Of a DNA stretch of 64,000 nt, positions 40,096 through 50,595 are shown piece by piece. The notes under the pieces were generated by a model that saw nothing but the letters and a program-made list of their open reading frames with translations, did not search any database and had not been told where the DNA came from. This DNA comes from Flavobacteriales bacterium (lineage in GTDB: Bacteria > Bacteroidota > Bacteroidia > Flavobacteriales_F > PHOS-HE28). The stretch lies in contig JADKHI010000001.1 in the NCBI GenBank assembly GCA_016721825.1, positions 769,084 to 833,083 of the forward strand. The letters run 5' to 3'. Position 1 is the stretch's first letter; each line of letters opens with the position of its first letter. Position numbers and translations under genes: made by a program.

Positions 40096-40251
40096 GTCCG
40101 GATGGTATCCGGGCCGCGAAAGTACCCAGCGCGGAATGGGCAAATGAGGGAATGTGGAAAATGTGGGGCGATCGTGGAGAAGTGCGAGAGGCCATGGGCA
40201 CATGCGCACATTCCCACATGGGCACATGAACATGCTTATCACCTTTACCAC

Positions 40252-41079
40252 GTGCATTCCACCTCCTCCTTCACCCACGGCCCCACCACCCTCGCCTACC
40301 GCAGCTACGGTCACGGGCCTACGGTGGTACTGGCCTTCCACGGCTTCGGGCGAACGGGTGCCGACTTCGCGCTGTTCGAGCCGATGCTGGCCGAGCGGTG
40401 CACCATTCATGCCTTCGACCTGCACTTCCATGGCGAAAGCAGCACGCCGGGCGAACGGGCGCATGACCCTTTCACGCCGGCGGAACTGGCGGCCTACTTC
40501 ACGGCCTTCGCGGACCACCTTGGTGCGGACAAGCTGACCCTGCTGGGCTACAGCCTTGGCGGCCGCATCGCCCTGAGCCTACTGAACACCATGCCGGATC
40601 GTGTGGCGAACGTAGTGCTGGTGGCGCCGGATGGCCTGAAGACCCGGCCCTGGTACCGGGGACTGGCCGCTTCCCGTTTCGGGCGCCACCTCTATGGCCG
40701 TTTCGTGGAGAACCCGCACCGGGTGCACGCGATCATGAACACCCTGCATGGTGTCGGCTTAATGCGCCCCAAGCTGCACCGTTTCCTTATGGGGCAGACG
40801 GACAACAGGGTGAAACGGCAGCAGGTGCACGACGTGTGGCTGAGCTACCGCCTGATCGAACCGGACTTGTCGGACGTGGGGCGGGTGCTGCGGGAACGGG
40901 CCATCCCCCTTCACCTCTTCCTCGGGCGCACCGACAGCGTGATCCCCGCCCACCTGGCGCAGGGGCTGAAGAGCCAGGCACCCGAGCTGGTGCATGTTCA
41001 ATTGCTGGAGGCCGGCCATGTGTTGCTGACCCCGGAACTGGCCCCTCCGATCGCGAATGTCCTTGGGAAAGGGGCATGA
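40252..41079 (+). CDS. alpha/beta-fold hydrolase
   Basis: HGFGRTGADF oxyanion region and GYSLGG nucleophile elbow. Start uncertain: GTG 40252 is preferred; ATG 40144 would add a His/Cys-rich leader. The ORF-track N-terminal 270 aa is antisense to carB and spurious. Confidence 0.6.
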   Translation: MHSTSSFTHGPTTLAYRSYGHGPTVVLAFHGFGRTGADFALFEPMLAERCTIHAFDLHFHGESSTPGERAHDPFTPAELAAYFTAFADHLGADKLTLLGYSLGGRIALSLLNTMPDRVANVVLVAPDGLKTRPWYRGLAASRFGRHLYGRFVENPHRVHAIMNTLHGVGLMRPKLHRFLMGQTDNRVKRQQVHDVWLSYRLIEPDLSDVGRVLRERAIPLHLFLGRTDSVIPAHLAQGLKSQAPELVHVQLLEAGHVLLTPELAPPIANVLGKGA

Positions 41080-41082
41080 AAA

Positions 41083-41100
41083 AGGGGCCCGAAGGCCCCT
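41083..41100. terminator. bidirectional intrinsic terminator hairpin (AGGGGCC-CGAA-GGCCCCT) between the hydrolase gene and rpmH
   Basis: Perfect 7-bp GC-rich stem with a 4-nt loop, preceded by an A-run on the plus strand. Confidence 0.45.
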
Positions 41101-41125
41101 CTGTGATGAAAGCTTGGTGGTCGAA

Positions 41126-41284
41126 TTACTTCTGACCTGGGCGCTCGTCGCTCACGGTGAGCTTGTGGCGGCCTTGCTTGCGACGGCGTGACAACACGGC
41201 CCGGCCGGCGGCAGAGCTCATGCGCAGACGGAAGCCGTGCTTGTTGGTACGCTTGCGTTTGCTGGGCTGGAAAGTGCGCTTCAT
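41126..41284 (-). CDS. rpmH: 50S ribosomal protein L34
   Basis: Translated by hand: [52 protein letters not shown] (52 aa), a classic L34. Absent from the ORF track because of its size. Confidence 0.9.
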   Translation of the reverse strand: MKRTFQPSKRKRTNKHGFRLRMSSAAGRAVLSRRRKQGRHKLTVSDERPGQK

Positions 41285-41379
41285 GACCGTCTGTCGTTTG
41301 CTAAAGGGACGGCAAAAGTAGGCGTTTTCGTCATTCGGCCAAATGTGATCGCATTCTCTTGGCGATCAGCCCCTTCCCG

Positions 41380-42150
41380 CTAGCGTGGAGCGAAGCGCAA
41401 ACGGTCCAGCCCGTAGGCCAGCACCCCTCCAGCCTCCCCTTCCACCAGCAGGCGCCCATCGGCATCCACATCGACCGGTCGGCCGGTGAACGGCTGCCCA
41501 TCCAGCTCGAAGTCCGCATAGCGGCCACGTGCCCAAAGGCGCTCCACATAGCTCGCGTCCACCTGAGCTGGATCGGAAGCCAGCAGGTCCCACCAGTGCT
41601 CAAAGACCTGACAGAGGCGTTCCAACAGGGCCATACGGTCCTGCGGCTGTCCCACTTCCAGCCGAAGGCTGGTGGCGTGGTGCTCGTGGTTGAGCTCGCT
41701 GCTGTTCACGTTCAGCCCGATGCCCACGATGGCGCTCTGCACCTGGCCGCCCACGACATCGTTCTGGATCAGGATGCCCGCGATCTTCTGCCGGTCCACG
41801 AGAATGTCGTTGGGCCACTTGATACGCACTTGTCCGCCCCCCACCCCTTGTGTCACCTTCAGCGCTTCCTCCACCGTCTGGTGCACGGCCAACGCCGCGA
41901 CCTTACCCAGGCGGAAATGGTCCGCGGCCTTTAAGCCCTGGGGCCGCAACACGATGCTGTACGTAAGGTCCAGCCCGTTCGAGGAGGTCCAGGTGCGCCC
42001 ACGCTGTCCGCGGCCTGCGGTCTGGTCGTGGGCCAGGATGACAGCCCCGTGCTGCAATTCCGACAGGCTCAGGTGTTCGGCAGCATAGTTGTTGGTGCTG
42101 TCGACCGATGCAAGCTCGATGAACTGCGCGCCGATGACCTTGGTGTGCAT
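41380..42150 (-). CDS. birA: biotin--[acetyl-CoA-carboxylase] ligase
   Basis: GRGQRGRTW biotin-binding motif. KWPNDIL motif. Start at ATG 42150 (MHTKVIGAQFIEL...). Confidence 0.8.
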   Translation of the reverse strand: MHTKVIGAQFIELASVDSTNNYAAEHLSLSELQHGAVILAHDQTAGRGQRGRTWTSSNGLDLTYSIVLRPQGLKAADHFRLGKVAALAVHQTVEEALKVTQGVGGGQVRIKWPNDILVDRQKIAGILIQNDVVGGQVQSAIVGIGLNVNSSELNHEHHATSLRLEVGQPQDRMALLERLCQVFEHWWDLLASDPAQVDASYVERLWARGRYADFELDGQPFTGRPVDVDADGRLLVEGEAGGVLAYGLDRLRFAPR

Positions 42151-42225
42151 GGAGGAAAGGCCCGAACGGAAGGGCCGGTGCGGCGGATGTTCCTGATTAC
42201 CTTTGAACGGTCCAAGATATACCGT

Positions 42226-42603
42226 ATGACAAAAAAGCGGAGCACAGGCTCCAACACGCCCCTCGTGGACACCGTCGTGGACGGGATCCAGGAAGTGAAG
42301 GGCAAAGACATTGTGCACTTGGACCTCCGAGGCGTACCGAACACTGTGTGTGACCACTTCGTTATCTGCCACGGCGATAGCGATACGGCGGTGGAAGCCA
42401 TCGCCGGATCGGTGGAAAAACTGGTGCGGGAGAAGCTGGGCGAACGCCCATGGCACGCGGAAGGTCGCGAGGCCCGTGGGTGGATCATCCTCGATTACGT
42501 GGACGTGGTCGTGCACATCTTCCACCGAGAAAAACGCACCTTCTATGCCCTGGAGGACCTCTGGGCCGATGCTGTGAGCCGTCGCTTCGATAACGTGGCC
42601 TGA
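42226..42603 (+). CDS. rsfS: ribosome silencing factor RsfS (Iojap family)
   Basis: VDGIQEVKGKDIVHLDLRGVPNTVCDHFVICHGDSDTAVEAIA...ILDYVDVVVHIF is typical of RsfS. Confidence 0.85.
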   Translation: MTKKRSTGSNTPLVDTVVDGIQEVKGKDIVHLDLRGVPNTVCDHFVICHGDSDTAVEAIAGSVEKLVREKLGERPWHAEGREARGWIILDYVDVVVHIFHREKRTFYALEDLWADAVSRRFDNVA

Positions 42604-42623
42604 TTGACGACCTGAACAACAAC

Positions 42624-44636
42624 GTGGAGAACGAGAATCCGACCAAGAACGACCGCGGTGGCAGCGAACGCCCTCGTAAGTCCTTCAACTTCTATTGGAT
42701 CTATGGGGTGATCATCGTGGTCATCCTTTCCATCCAGCTCATGCAGCTCAGTGGCGGCACACGCCCCATCGAGATCAATGAGTACGAGCGCTACCTCAAC
42801 TCCGGTGATGTGCGCCGCATCGACATCGTGAACGATGAGACGGTGCTGGTGACCATCAAGAAGGACAGCCTGGCCAAGAAGGTCCACACGGACAAGTTGG
42901 GCAAAGAGGCTGCTGGCAATTCCGCCGGCCCCCATTACCGCTTCACCATCGGCAATTCCGATGCTGCCCAGAACAAGCTCGTGGCCAGCGCCGATGCCCA
43001 TGGCGTGGAAATGAACTACGAGACCCAGGACAACTGGGGACGCGACATCATCCAGTGGGTGCTGTTCATCGGCATCATGCTGGCGGTGTGGATGTTCTTC
43101 ATGCGCCGCCTTGGCGGTGGCGGTGGTCCCGGTGGGCAGATCTTCAACATCGGCAAGAGCCGCGCGCAGGTCTTCGAGGCCGGCAAGAGCACCAACATCA
43201 CCTTCAATGATGTGGCCGGCCTGGATGAGGCCAAGGAAGAACTGCAGGAGATCGTCGACTTCCTGAAGACCCCGAAGAAGTACACGGCCCTGGGCGCCAA
43301 GATCCCCAAGGGCGCGCTGCTGGTAGGCCCTCCCGGTACCGGGAAAACACTGCTGGCCAAGGCCATCGCCGGTGAAGCCAACGTGCCGTTCTTCAGCCTC
43401 AGCGGCTCCGACTTCGTGGAGATGTTCGTGGGCGTCGGCGCCAGCCGTGTCCGTGACCTCTTCAAGCAGGCCAAGGAAAAGGCACCGGCCATCATCTTCA
43501 TCGACGAGATCGACGCCATCGGTCGTGCCCGCGGCCGCAGCGTGAGCATGGGCGCCAACGACGAACGCGAGAACACCTTGAACCAGCTCCTTACCGAGAT
43601 GGACGGCTTCGGCACCAACAGCGGCGTGATCCTGATCGGGGCCACCAACCGCGCCGACGTGCTGGACCGTGCCCTCATGCGTCCGGGACGTTTCGACCGC
43701 CAGATCTTCGTGGACATGCCCGACCTGAACGGTCGCATCGACATCTTCAAGGTGCACCTGAAGCCCTTGAAATTGGATACTGCACTGGACGTGGAGTTCC
43801 TCGCCCGCCAGACCCCCGGATTCAGCGGTGCCGATATCGCCAACATCTGCAACGAGGCCGCCCTCATCGCTGCGCGCAAGAAGAAGACGCACGTTGAGAA
43901 ACAGGACTTCCTCGATGCTGTGGACCGCGTGATCGGTGGCTTGGAGAAGAAGAACAAGATCATCACCGCCGACGAGAAGCGCGGCGTGGCCTACCACGAG
44001 GCAGGCCATGCCACTGTGAGCTGGTTGGTGGAGCATGCCAGCCCGCTGATCAAGGTGACCATTGTACCCCGCGGACGTTCGCTGGGTGCCGCCTGGTACC
44101 TGCCCGAGGAGCGCCACCTGACCACGGCCGAACAGATGCTCGACGAGATATGCGCCGCCCTGGGTGGTCGCGCCGCCGAGGATGTGATGTTCGGCAAAGT
44201 GAGTACCGGCGCCCTGAGCGATCTGGAGAAGGTGACCAAACAGGCCTATGCCATGGTGTCCGTTTACGGGCTGAACGCCAAGGTCGGCAACATCAGCTTC
44301 TACGATAGCACCGGCCAGAGCGAGTATTCCTTTGGCAAGCCTTACAGCGAACGCACCGCCCAGACCATCGATGAGGAGGTGAGCAAATTGGTGGAGATCC
44401 AGTACGAGCGTGCCAAGAAGATCCTGGTGGAGAACAAGGACAAGCTCACCGCCCTGGCCTCGCAGCTGCTGGAGAAGGAGGTGATCTTCAAAGAGGACCT
44501 GGAGAAGATCTTCGGTGACCGCACCTTTGCCCGCGACGTGGCCGAGCGTACTGCGGCCGCCAATAGCAACGGGACCACCGTGGGAGGCCCTGCTCCGACG
44601 CCCGACGAGACCCCTTCCTTGCCCGCTTCCGCGTGA
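42624..44636 (+). CDS. ftsH: ATP-dependent zinc metalloprotease FtsH
   Basis: Walker [19 protein letters not shown]. Second region of homology. HEAGHA zinc-binding motif. GTG start at 42624. Confidence 0.95.
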   Translation: MENENPTKNDRGGSERPRKSFNFYWIYGVIIVVILSIQLMQLSGGTRPIEINEYERYLNSGDVRRIDIVNDETVLVTIKKDSLAKKVHTDKLGKEAAGNSAGPHYRFTIGNSDAAQNKLVASADAHGVEMNYETQDNWGRDIIQWVLFIGIMLAVWMFFMRRLGGGGGPGGQIFNIGKSRAQVFEAGKSTNITFNDVAGLDEAKEELQEIVDFLKTPKKYTALGAKIPKGALLVGPPGTGKTLLAKAIAGEANVPFFSLSGSDFVEMFVGVGASRVRDLFKQAKEKAPAIIFIDEIDAIGRARGRSVSMGANDERENTLNQLLTEMDGFGTNSGVILIGATNRADVLDRALMRPGRFDRQIFVDMPDLNGRIDIFKVHLKPLKLDTALDVEFLARQTPGFSGADIANICNEAALIAARKKKTHVEKQDFLDAVDRVIGGLEKKNKIITADEKRGVAYHEAGHATVSWLVEHASPLIKVTIVPRGRSLGAAWYLPEERHLTTAEQMLDEICAALGGRAAEDVMFGKVSTGALSDLEKVTKQAYAMVSVYGLNAKVGNISFYDSTGQSEYSFGKPYSERTAQTIDEEVSKLVEIQYERAKKILVENKDKLTALASQLLEKEVIFKEDLEKIFGDRTFARDVAERTAAANSNGTTVGGPAPTPDETPSLPASA

Positions 44637-45436
44637 GCGAACTCATCACCCGGGCCATCACGGGCGCAGCCTATGTCGCGCTCACGCTCGGGGCCGCATG
44701 GGCGGGACCGTTCACCACGGCGATGCTCTTCCTACCTGTTTGCGCCATCGGCGCGCGGGAATTCCACCGCCTGTACTGGCACGATGCCCAAGGGCCATTG
44801 CCGTTGTGGAGCATCATGCTGGCCTGCACCGTGTACGTGACCGTGGCCGCCGGGGCCTTCACGAACGTCTGGTTACCTGGATACGCCGTGGGGCTCACGT
44901 TCGTGCTGCTGCTCGTGGGCATCACCATGACCTTGCGCCGGGGCTCCCCGGCCCCGGCCGAGGAGTTCGCCGGGCAGATGCTCCTGGTCAGCTACATCGC
45001 GCTACCCTTCGCCTTGCTGCCGCATATGCTGGTTAACGGCCCTGCGGAGCTGGCCTGCACCTTCATCCTGCTATGGACCAACGACACCGGTGCCTACCTC
45101 GTTGGGCGGTCGATCGGGCGCACCAAATTGCTTCCGGCGGTGAGCCCGAAGAAGACGATCGAAGGGCTGCTGGGGGGCATCGCGCTCACCCTGGGGGTCG
45201 CCTGGCTCCTCGGCTCCTTCTGGACCGAGCTTCCGCTTCAGGACCGCTTGGTCTGTGGTCTTCTGGTAGCCGTTTCCGCGACACTTGGCGACCTGCTGGA
45301 ATCCGCGTTCAAGCGCGCCCGCGGTGTGAAGGATTCGGGGAACGTGTTGCCAGGCCACGGTGGCATCCTGGACCGTTTCGATGGCTTCCTGCTGGCCATC
45401 CCAGCGGTCTATCTCTACTTGCACCTCCTCCGCTGA
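44633..45436 (+). CDS. cdsA: phosphatidate cytidylyltransferase
   Basis: CTP_transf_1 signature ILLWTNDTGAYLVGRSIGRTKL...SPKKTIEGLLGG...GHGGILDRFD. GTG start overlapping the ftsH stop. Confidence 0.85.
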   Translation: MSELITRAITGAAYVALTLGAAWAGPFTTAMLFLPVCAIGAREFHRLYWHDAQGPLPLWSIMLACTVYVTVAAGAFTNVWLPGYAVGLTFVLLLVGITMTLRRGSPAPAEEFAGQMLLVSYIALPFALLPHMLVNGPAELACTFILLWTNDTGAYLVGRSIGRTKLLPAVSPKKTIEGLLGGIALTLGVAWLLGSFWTELPLQDRLVCGLLVAVSATLGDLLESAFKRARGVKDSGNVLPGHGGILDRFDGFLLAIPAVYLYLHLLR

Positions 45437-45451
45437 GGAGCTCTTCTATCT

Positions 45452-46117
45452 TTGGCGACCATGACTATTCATCGCGAGGGTATGGCCACCATCGGCTTGG
45501 TCGGTTCGGTGTTACTGTTCACCGCACTGCTCCTCCCCTCCCGTTCACCCGAATGGGTATTCCTTCCCATACTCGGTGTATTGATCGCCGTGATGCTGAT
45601 CGTGCTCTGGTTCTTCCGCGTCCCGAGCCGCACAGTGAAGCAGCAGGATGATCTGATCATCTCCCCGGCCGATGGCAAGGTGGTGGCGATCGAAGAAGTG
45701 ACCGAAGGCGAGTACTTCAAGGACCGTCGAATCCAAGTGTCGGTGTTCATGAGCCCGTTGAACGTGCACGTGAACTTCTTCCCCATCGGCGGCACCACGA
45801 GCTATTACAAGTACCACCCCGGCAAGTACCTGGTGGCCTGGCACCCCAAGAGCAGCACGGAGAACGAACGCTCCACCGTGGTGGTGCGCCACCCGAAGCA
45901 TGGCGAAGTGCTCTTCCGCCAGATCGCAGGAGCCTTGGCGCGCCGCATCTGCACGTACGCTGTGGAAGGACAGCCGGCCGCACAAGGCACCGAGTTCGGC
46001 TTCATCAAGTTCGGTTCCCGCGTGGACCTGCTGCTGCCCCTGAACGCCGACATCACCTGTCGCCTCGGTGACGTGGTGCAAGGCTCCATCACCCCACTCG
46101 CACGATTCGCATCCTGA
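45452..46117 (+). CDS. psd: phosphatidylserine decarboxylase family protein
   Basis: Short PSD-type proenzyme with FGSRVDLLLP-type cleavage region and N-terminal membrane anchor. Confidence 0.8.
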   Translation: MATMTIHREGMATIGLVGSVLLFTALLLPSRSPEWVFLPILGVLIAVMLIVLWFFRVPSRTVKQQDDLIISPADGKVVAIEEVTEGEYFKDRRIQVSVFMSPLNVHVNFFPIGGTTSYYKYHPGKYLVAWHPKSSTENERSTVVVRHPKHGEVLFRQIAGALARRICTYAVEGQPAAQGTEFGFIKFGSRVDLLLPLNADITCRLGDVVQGSITPLARFAS

Positions 46118-46122
46118 TCCCC

Positions 46123-46584
46123 ATGCGCATCCCCTCCATCCTCCTCCTGCTGACCCTTGCCGTGGCCTTCGCTGCCTGCGGTGGAACGAAGACCGAGACC
46201 GAGAACACCGACAAGGCAACATCCCTGGCGCCCCGGTATGACGGCATCTACATGGGCACCTATGGCAACCTGACCCAATTGCTGCACTTCTATCCGAGCG
46301 GCAACGTGGTCACCATCACGGGCTATGCGACCAGCGGTGATTCGCTACGCTCACTGTTCCGCGCGGACCTGCCCGTTAACATCGAAAAAGGGATCCACAA
46401 CGTACCTGTTACGCTGCGCAACGACAGTGTGCTGTTCCGCACCACGGTGATGCAGGGCTTCATCCACTACGATGGTCGCATCTATGGGGGCGATTCATTG
46501 GTGGTGCTGAAGAGCAGCCAGGCCAACGGTCGCAAAGCCGCGATCACCTACTACTTCAGCAAGGATCAGGCATCAGCCCAGTAG
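46123..46584 (+). CDS. hypothetical lipoprotein
   Basis: Lipoprotein signal MRIPSILLLLTLAVAFAACGG. Confidence 0.45.
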   Translation: MRIPSILLLLTLAVAFAACGGTKTETENTDKATSLAPRYDGIYMGTYGNLTQLLHFYPSGNVVTITGYATSGDSLRSLFRADLPVNIEKGIHNVPVTLRNDSVLFRTTVMQGFIHYDGRIYGGDSLVVLKSSQANGRKAAITYYFSKDQASAQ

Positions 46585-47268
46585 GACCGCCAGCTCGTCG
46601 AAGTGCGCGAAACGGATGGTCGCCTCCGGGTCGGCCTTCTCGGGTGCGGCGTAGTGTGCCTGGTCCATTCCCACACCACGGGCGCCCAGTATGTCCGTGG
46701 CTTGCATGTCGCCGATCATCAGGCTTTCGTTCACTGTGGCACCCGCCTTCTTCATGGCCACCTCGAAGATGCGAGCATCCGGTTTGCGGGCGCCAGCCTT
46801 CTCGCTCGTGAGCATCACGTCGATGTAGGGTCCCAGTCCGCTGCAGCGCACCTTCACATGCTGCACCTCGTCGAAACCGTTGGTGATGATGTGGATGCGG
46901 TGGTCCTTGCGGACCGCGTCCAACATCTCCCGCGCACCCGGTGAAAGGGCCGTTCGCTGTGGGCAACGCTCGATGTAGGCATGACCGAGCTGTGTGGAAA
47001 GGCGATCGTTGCGGACACCGAAACGCACAAGTGTGTTCCTGAAGCGGAGGACGCGCAGCACCGCCTTCTCGATCTGCCCGGCCTCATAGCGCTGCCAAAG
47101 ACCCGCGTTCACCTCCTCGTACACCTCGATGAACTCCTCCACCTTCTCGACGCCCTTGTTGGCCAGGTCAAGCTCCGTGTACAACTCGTTCAATGTGGCC
47201 CGCGAGTTGGCCTCGAAGTCCCACAGCGTGTGGTCCAGATCGAAGAACAGGTGGCGGTAGCGCTTCAC
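46573..47268 (-). CDS. HAD-family hydrolase (YjjG-like nucleotidase subfamily)
   Basis: Motif I FFDLDHTLWD and HAD core motifs. GTG start at 47268 overlapping the upstream stop (GTGA). Confidence 0.7.
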   Translation of the reverse strand: MKRYRHLFFDLDHTLWDFEANSRATLNELYTELDLANKGVEKVEEFIEVYEEVNAGLWQRYEAGQIEKAVLRVLRFRNTLVRFGVRNDRLSTQLGHAYIERCPQRTALSPGAREMLDAVRKDHRIHIITNGFDEVQHVKVRCSGLGPYIDVMLTSEKAGARKPDARIFEVAMKKAGATVNESLMIGDMQATDILGARGVGMDQAHYAAPEKADPEATIRFAHFDELAVLLG

Positions 47269-47750
47269 GGAACGAGACCGACCAGCTGGTTCGCCGCACC
47301 GGTGAGGACGGCCGAAACACACAGTGCCTGGAACACCACCGAGAGCAACAGCGCAGGGATGGTGCGCCGATCATGATGGAAGAAGCGCGCTGCAAGGATG
47401 CTGCCCACCGGGATCGTTAGCACCAAGGGCGTAAGAGCCGCCACACCCACGAACCCACTGACGTGCTTGAGCCGGATGATCCAGCGGTTGCGCTTGGTGA
47501 ACACCCGAACCACGGAGGCTGCGCCCGAAGCAATGGCCTGCGCGCGCTTGCGCATGGACCTCAAACGTGCACGCTCCGTCAACCGCGCGCTCAGGTTGTA
47601 GAACAACAGCACGCCCAGGCAACCACCCAGGCTGGTGAACAGGAAATTCTGAAGGAAGCTGAAACCGAAACCCGCACCGAAGCCGGCGGCCACCAACATC
47701 TTCAGGGCGCCCATGGTGATCACGGTGACTATTTCGGCCAGTTCATGCAT
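47265..47750 (-). CDS. hypothetical membrane protein
   Basis: 161 aa with about four TM helices. Confidence 0.4.
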   Translation of the reverse strand: MHELAEIVTVITMGALKMLVAAGFGAGFGFSFLQNFLFTSLGGCLGVLLFYNLSARLTERARLRSMRKRAQAIASGAASVVRVFTKRNRWIIRLKHVSGFVGVAALTPLVLTIPVGSILAARFFHHDRRTIPALLLSVVFQALCVSAVLTGAANQLVGLVP

Positions 47751-47755
47751 GTGGT

Positions 47756-48406
47756 TCAGAGCTTCACGCCATAAGCAAGGTCTCCGGCATCGCCCAGGCC
47801 AGGCACGATGTAGGCTTGGGCCGTCATCTCCTCATCCACTGCGCCGAGCCAGATCCGTGTGTTGGGCGGCATGTGGCTCTTCACGTACTCCAAGCCCTCA
47901 CTGCTTGCGATCACTGATACGATATGCACGGCCTTCGGTTTCCCAAGACGCAACAATGCCTTGTAAACCAGCACCATGCTACGGCCTGTGGCCAGCATGG
48001 GATCGCATAGCACGAGCACCCTGTCCTCAAGGGAAGGGCTGCTCATGTACTCCACCTCGATGTCAAAGCCATCCTCCCCCTTCCGGTGCTTGCGGTAAGC
48101 GCTGACGAAGGCGCTGTCCGCCCGGTCGAAGTAGTTCAGCATGCCTTGGTGCAGCGGGAGGCCGGCCCGTAGAATGGTGGCCAGCACGGGTTGGTCCACC
48201 GGTAGGAAGGTATGCGCAACACCGAGCGGGGAGGTCACCTCTTGCTCCTGGTAGTCCAGTGTCTTGCTCAGCTCGTAGGCGAGCACTTCTCCGATGCGCT
48301 CAAGGTTCCGCCTGAACCGCATCGGGTCCTTCTGGATCGACCCATCCCGGAGCTCCGCAAGGAACTGGTTCACCACGCTGCGTTCGTTCGCCAACTGCAC
48401 GACCAT
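47756..48406 (-). CDS. upp: uracil phosphoribosyltransferase
   Basis: PRPP-binding motif VLVLCDPMLATGRS. Family-wide identity. Confidence 0.9.
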   Translation of the reverse strand: MVVQLANERSVVNQFLAELRDGSIQKDPMRFRRNLERIGEVLAYELSKTLDYQEQEVTSPLGVAHTFLPVDQPVLATILRAGLPLHQGMLNYFDRADSAFVSAYRKHRKGEDGFDIEVEYMSSPSLEDRVLVLCDPMLATGRSMVLVYKALLRLGKPKAVHIVSVIASSEGLEYVKSHMPPNTRIWLGAVDEEMTAQAYIVPGLGDAGDLAYGVKL

Positions 48407-48409
48407 GGG

Positions 48410-49306
48410 TCAAGGCTTCAGGTTTCGTACCAAGGGTGGCAATCGGTTGATCACCGTCCGTAAATATACCGTTCGCTGTGCACCGAAGCCCCGATAGAAG
48501 CGGGCCAGGTCCTCGTCGTTGGAGCCGGCGAAGTCCAGGACCAACGGTGAGCCCGCGTGCGCTTCGATGACGCTATCGATGAGCAGGGGCATGGCACGCA
48601 AGGTCCGGCCCTGCTCGTTCGCCAAGCCCTTCAAGAAGATGAGCCGGCCACCGGCATTGACGAAGTAGGCACCGGCCACCAGAACGCGACCCGAACGGAC
48701 CGCCACGGCAAAGCCATCACCCCGCTCCTGCGCACCGCGCAATGTTCGTTGCATGCATGCGATGCGGCGTGCATCCACACCCCAACGCTTGAACTGCTCC
48801 GAACCGATCAAGAACGCCAGCACTTCTTCCACATCCGCGCTTGGCTCGTAGGTCAACTCAGCCCCCGCTGCCTTCTTCAAGTTGCGTCGCAGGTTCTCGC
48901 TGTAGCCTTTGCGCAAGACTTCAATACTGGTGTTCAGATCAAGCTCGAAGTTCTGCTGCTCGCTGATGCGGATCGTGCGACCAAAGCCGCCAACTTCACC
49001 TGGGTTCAGATAGATATCCGCGTAGCGGAACCGCTTGGGAATGGCAGCAAGGAAAGGGCCTGGCTCCCCCCCGAACACCCCGATCCGCTGCAACAGGAAG
49101 GGCTGGTGCAGGTAGGCGATACCGAAGCGCTTCCGCCAAGGAAGGGCCATCTGCGCGCCCGAGGTCTCATCCACCAGGGCCTCCCAGCCGGGAGAGGCCG
49201 CATCGAGCACCCAGCTGCGACCGTACCACCACGGCGTTGCGCAGCGCCCTAGGCGTGCATCCCAAGCCTGCTTGTCGATCTCCTCGTGCCGCAGATGCCG
49301 GATCAT
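48410..49306 (-). CDS. GNAT-fold acetyltransferase of the FemAB/BioF2-like family
   Basis: About 298 aa of FemAB-like GNAT architecture. Start ATG 49306 overlaps the upstream stop (ATGA). Confidence 0.5.
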   Translation of the reverse strand: MIRHLRHEEIDKQAWDARLGRCATPWWYGRSWVLDAASPGWEALVDETSGAQMALPWRKRFGIAYLHQPFLLQRIGVFGGEPGPFLAAIPKRFRYADIYLNPGEVGGFGRTIRISEQQNFELDLNTSIEVLRKGYSENLRRNLKKAAGAELTYEPSADVEEVLAFLIGSEQFKRWGVDARRIACMQRTLRGAQERGDGFAVAVRSGRVLVAGAYFVNAGGRLIFLKGLANEQGRTLRAMPLLIDSVIEAHAGSPLVLDFAGSNDEDLARFYRGFGAQRTVYLRTVINRLPPLVRNLKP

Positions 49307-50595
49307 GCCTTGGCGTGTTGGACCACTTGTTCGAAGACCGCAGGCCAAGGCGCGAACTCCCGATGGCCACTGAGGTAGCGATCGTGCCACACGCTCACGA
49401 AGGTGCCGCTCACAGCACGCACCGCATCGCTGATCGCGTTCATCGTGCGCACGACTTCATCAGGCCCCATCCCCATGTGCTCGATCAAGGCGCTGTCCAT
49501 GACCGCAAAAGGCCAGAGCATGAGCTTCGTCTCTTCCTCACGCTCCAGGTCGTACCAAGGGAACGGTGTGCATGTTGAAGCCCGGAAACCGGGCCTTTCA
49601 CTGAACCCGAGTGAATGTTCCTCCTTGAACCCCATGGTGGCCACATGACGCAGGGTACCAGGCAGTCTCCAGCGAAGGAAATGTTGGCGACTAGCATCGC
49701 GTGGGACCCGCATGTCCATCTCGAACGCGAACACCTGCTTGAAGTGCGCGCGCTCATCCTCGCTCGAACGGTAAGAGGGGTGGATGCCATAACGAAGCCC
49801 TTCAACTCCGAGCGGTCCGTCGAGCAGCTGCCGGAAATATCGAGGCCACCGGACCGCAGCGTGATCGTGCATACCGTCCCCCTTGGTGAGGAAGAACAGG
49901 ATGGGACGACCCAGGACCGGGGCATGCTGTTGCACAAGCTCGATGGCCTGCACATAGGGATCCCTGCGCATGCCGGAGCGCACAAGCCAGCGTTCCACCA
50001 CCGCACCGAAGCGGAGCGCGCACAGATCCTTCAGGGAGGCTCCGATCGCCCGTAATAGCGGCCGCCCGGCGTAGCGCAGCACATTGTCCATATCCACGGT
50101 GGCCGTGTGCGTATAGCGTCGATGCGCGGAAGCAAGCTCGGGCCAACGCTCGCGTAGCCGCCGGTGCAGGTCCAGCGCCCAGCGGTCCAGCCAGGGCTCA
50201 TCAGCCAGGCCCGCGCGAACGACGAACAGGTCATCTGCGGGAATGCGGTCGTGCATATCGCGTGCGGTGCAGCGCTCTTCATCCACTAGCGCAAGCAGGA
50301 AGAACGTCGCGGCGAACAGGTCGAAGCCATTGGATACCGGGTACAGTACGGGCATGCCGTTCAACTGCCCGAGCGTTGGATCCCCGGCGGGCGGCCTGTT
50401 CAACACACCACTGAACGGAACATGCAGGGCACCTTCCACAGGTGCTGTGCCATAGATCAGGCGAGGGCCCTGTTCCGCAAGGAATGCCGCACGGTCCTCG
50501 ACCATGCGGAACGGAATGCCCAGCATCCGCTCGAACACATGTCGGATGACATATGTGCTTCTTGTGGAAGGATGCTCAACGTGGATCAGCAGCAT
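49303..50595 (-). CDS. polysaccharide deacetylase-family protein (N-terminal unknown domain plus NodB-like domain)
   Basis: 430 aa with overall resemblance to Bacteroidota polysaccharide deacetylase-family proteins. Confidence 0.45.
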   Translation of the reverse strand: MLLIHVEHPSTRSTYVIRHVFERMLGIPFRMVEDRAAFLAEQGPRLIYGTAPVEGALHVPFSGVLNRPPAGDPTLGQLNGMPVLYPVSNGFDLFAATFFLLALVDEERCTARDMHDRIPADDLFVVRAGLADEPWLDRWALDLHRRLRERWPELASAHRRYTHTATVDMDNVLRYAGRPLLRAIGASLKDLCALRFGAVVERWLVRSGMRRDPYVQAIELVQQHAPVLGRPILFFLTKGDGMHDHAAVRWPRYFRQLLDGPLGVEGLRYGIHPSYRSSEDERAHFKQVFAFEMDMRVPRDASRQHFLRWRLPGTLRHVATMGFKEEHSLGFSERPGFRASTCTPFPWYDLEREEETKLMLWPFAVMDSALIEHMGMGPDEVVRTMNAISDAVRAVSGTFVSVWHDRYLSGHREFAPWPAVFEQVVQHAKA

